Source: Macrostomum lignano (taxonomy: Eukaryota). Taken from it: a DNA stretch of 47,691 nt. Location: contig NIVC01004388.1 in NCBI GenBank assembly GCA_002269645.1, forward strand, positions 1 through 47,691, written 5' to 3'. Below the pieces are notes generated by a model, which made no database searches, was not told the origin of the DNA, and was given only the letters and a program-made list of their open reading frames with translations. Made by a program: the position numbers and the translations under genes. Positions 45,501 to 47,691 of this stretch are shown here, piece after piece (positions within the stretch are counted from its first letter, which is position 1; every line of letters starts with the position of its first letter).

Positions 45501-45713
45501 AAATATTGTCAGACACTCGTATAGATTATGTCAGCAGCTGGTAAATATTGTCAGACACTCGTATAGATTATGTCAGCAGCTGGTAAATATTGTCAGACAC
45601 TCGTATAGATTATGTCAGCAGCTGGTAAATATTGTCAGACACTCGTATAGATTATGTCAGCAGCTGGTAAATATTGTCAGACACTCGTATAGATTATGTC
45701 AGCAGCTGGTAAA
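45501..45713. repeat. 42-bp tandem repeat, 5 copies (AAATATTGTCAGACACTCGTATAGATTATGTCAGCAGCTGGT)
   Basis: Essentially identical copies, period 42. Confidence 0.96.
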
Positions 45714-45742
45714 TGATTATTTCATCGAAGGACGAAGGCAGA

Positions 45743-47222
45743 TCAGCCCAGTCGCACCGGCCCCAGGTCGCAGAGCAGCTCAGTCAAGTCGCTGACGGCA
45801 GCAGATGACACGCAGGTCAGCTCGTCCGCCTGCGGCACCGCTGATTCCGAGTCCTGACTGTCGGGCTGCCGCTGCTCCTGCAGTGCTGGAACTGAAATAT
45901 TGCGATAGACTTGTTCCATTCAAGTCTGCTTGCACTGACGAATTCTCTGCCTTCCGCCTGTCTCCCTTCCCTCCCCGCCTGTCTCCCTTCCCTCCCCGCC
46001 TGTCTCCCTTCCCCCCTGCCTGTCTCCCTTCCCTCCCCACCTGTCTCCCTTCCCTCCCCACCTGTCTCCCTTCCCTCCCCACCTGTCACCCTTCCCTCCC
46101 CACCTGTCTCCTTTCCCTCCCCACCTGTCACCCTTCCCTCCCCACCTGTCTCCCTTCCCTCCCCACCTGTCTCCCTTCCCTCCCCGCCTGTCTCCCTTCC
46201 CTCCCACCTGTCTCCCTTCCCTCCCCACCTGTCTCCCTTCCCTCCCCACCTGTCTCCCTTCCCTCCCCACCTGTCTCCCTTCCCTCCCCCCTGTCTCCCT
46301 TCCCCCCGCCTGTCTCCCTTCCCCCCCTGTCTCCCTTCCCTCCCCACCTGTCTCCCTTCCCTCCCCACCTGTCTCCCTTCCCTCCCCGCCTGTCTCCCTT
46401 CCCCCCGCCTGTCTCCCTTCCCCCCTGCCTGTCTCCCTTCCCTCTCCGCCTGTCTCCCTTCCCTCCCCACCTGTCTCCCTTCCCTCCCCACCTGTCTCCC
46501 TTTCCTCCCCGCCTGTCTCCCTTCCCCCCTGCCTGTCTCCCTTCCCTCCCCACCTGTCTCCCTTCCCTCCCCACCTGTCTCCCTTCCCTCCCCACCTGTC
46601 TCCCTTCCCTCCCCGCCTGTCTCCCTTCCCCCCTGCCTGTCTCCCTTCCCTCTCCGCCTGTCTCCCTTCCCTCCCCGCCTGTCTCCCTTCCCTCCCCACC
46701 TGTCTCCCTTCCCTCCCCGCCTGTCTCCCTTCCCTCCCCGCCTGTCTTCCTCCCCTCCCCGCCTGTCTCCCTTCCCTCCCCGCCTGTCTCCCTTCCCTCC
46801 CCGCCTGTCTCCCTTCCCTTCCCGCCTGTCTCCCTTCCCTCCCCGCCTGTCTCCCTTCCCTCCCCGCCTGTCTCTCCCCTCTGCTCAGCTCCTTCACCCT
46901 TCTCTCCTGCCCTCACCGCTCTCAGGCGCCATCACGCAGTCAGGTGAGACGCAAAAGTCCACCAGACGCTCAAGAAAGTCGGCGACGTCCTCGGTGGTCG
47001 CCACCAGGCTCCTGGAATTGGAGAGATACGATGGTTTGCAGAGTAACGAATCTATTAATGTTTTAGACTATCAATGCTACTTTGAGCAGCTGAGCTCACC
47101 GAGTTGGATGAGACTGGCGGCAGCATGTTCTTCAGCTTGCGCAGCGTCTTCATGAGCTGACGTCGAGATGGCCGACGGTAGACGGGAATCCTTGATGCGT
47201 CAATTGTCATGGTGGCGAAGAT
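45743..47222 (-). CDS. 3' part of an unknown gene: exons 47011-46917 and 45891-45743 (phase-consistent), probable upstream exon 47222-47100
   Basis: GT-AG bounded GC3-rich exons. SLVATTEDVADFLERLVDFCVSPDCVMAPES|VPALQEQRQPDS..LGPVRLG* splices in phase 1. The upstream exon IFATMTIDASRIPVYRRPSRRQLMKTLRKLKNMLPPVSSNS has a phase conflict. Confidence 0.5.
45953..46875. repeat. About 21-bp polypyrimidine minisatellite (CCTGTCTCCCTTCCCTCCCCA), intronic
   Basis: Directly visible. Confidence 0.95.
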
Positions 47223-47295
47223 CTGAGCGAATCGTTTAGGACAGGAGGCGAAGCTTTTTACTATTTTGGTAAATCATGTCGCGACAAGATAAGAC

Positions 47296-47691
47296 CTGAC
47301 TCTGTACCAGATAGAGCCTGACTCTCTGTACCAGATAGAACCTGACTCTCTGTACCAGATAGAACCTGACTCTCTGTACCAGATAGAACCTGACTCTCTG
47401 TACCAGATAGAACTGGACTCTCTGTACCAGATAGAACCTGACTCTCTGTACCAGATAGAACCTGACTCTCTGTACCAGATAGAACCTGACTCTCTGTACC
47501 AGATAGAACCTGACTCTCTGTACCAGATAGAACCTGACTCTCTGTACCAGATAGAAACCTGACTCTCTGTACCAGATAAAACCTGACTCTCTGTACCAGA
47601 TAGAACCTGACTCTCTGTACCAGATAGAACCTGACTCTCTGTACCAGATAGAACCTGACTCTCTGTACCAGATAGAACCTGACTCTCTGTA
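47296..47691. repeat. 24-bp minisatellite (CCTGACTCTCTGTACCAGATAGAA) running off the window end
   Basis: Directly visible. Confidence 0.96.

Noticed and set aside
45780-47155. 224-414 aa Pro-rich or GGKGDR-repeat ORFs
   Set aside because: Translations of the polypyrimidine minisatellite.

Overview
Eukaryotic (metazoan) genomic DNA. It has GC-rich spliced exons, GT-AG introns and a different minisatellite in most long introns. This style suggests a free-living flatworm such as Macrostomum lignano (inference, not verified). Four genes can be reconstructed exon by exon: (1) MCCC2, methylcrotonoyl-CoA carboxylase beta (minus, 9 exons, 16927->8857, 557 aa); (2) a miRNA-class Argonaute (plus, 9 exons, 17602->28143, about 968 aa) with an intact DEDH tetrad but a 1-nt deficit in a G run at 25379-25382; (3) an ARHGEF10-like RhoGEF (minus, 4 exons, 36320->29837); (4) a USH1G/SANS (ANKS4B-family) ankyrin-SAM scaffold (plus, 2 exons, 39856->41982). 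MCCC2 and Argonaute are head-to-head with only 674 bp between start codons. Both first introns are AT-rich, CpG-depleted and show CpG/CpA->TpA decay. Mobile elements: a LINE 3' fragment, two tRNA-derived CORE-like SINEs, a decayed Tc1/mariner (maT-like) transposase, a 606-bp MITE with an 8-bp TSD, hAT-like MITEs and a 1014-bp solo LTR with a 4-bp TSD. More than 20 tandem arrays and several lower-confidence orphan exons are present, including a possible divergent HLH gene at the right end. I found no CRISPR array, rRNA, true tRNA or prokaryotic system. The most promising leads are the divergent MCCC2/AGO promoter with its mutational domain, the AGO frameshift and the one-minisatellite-per-intron architecture.
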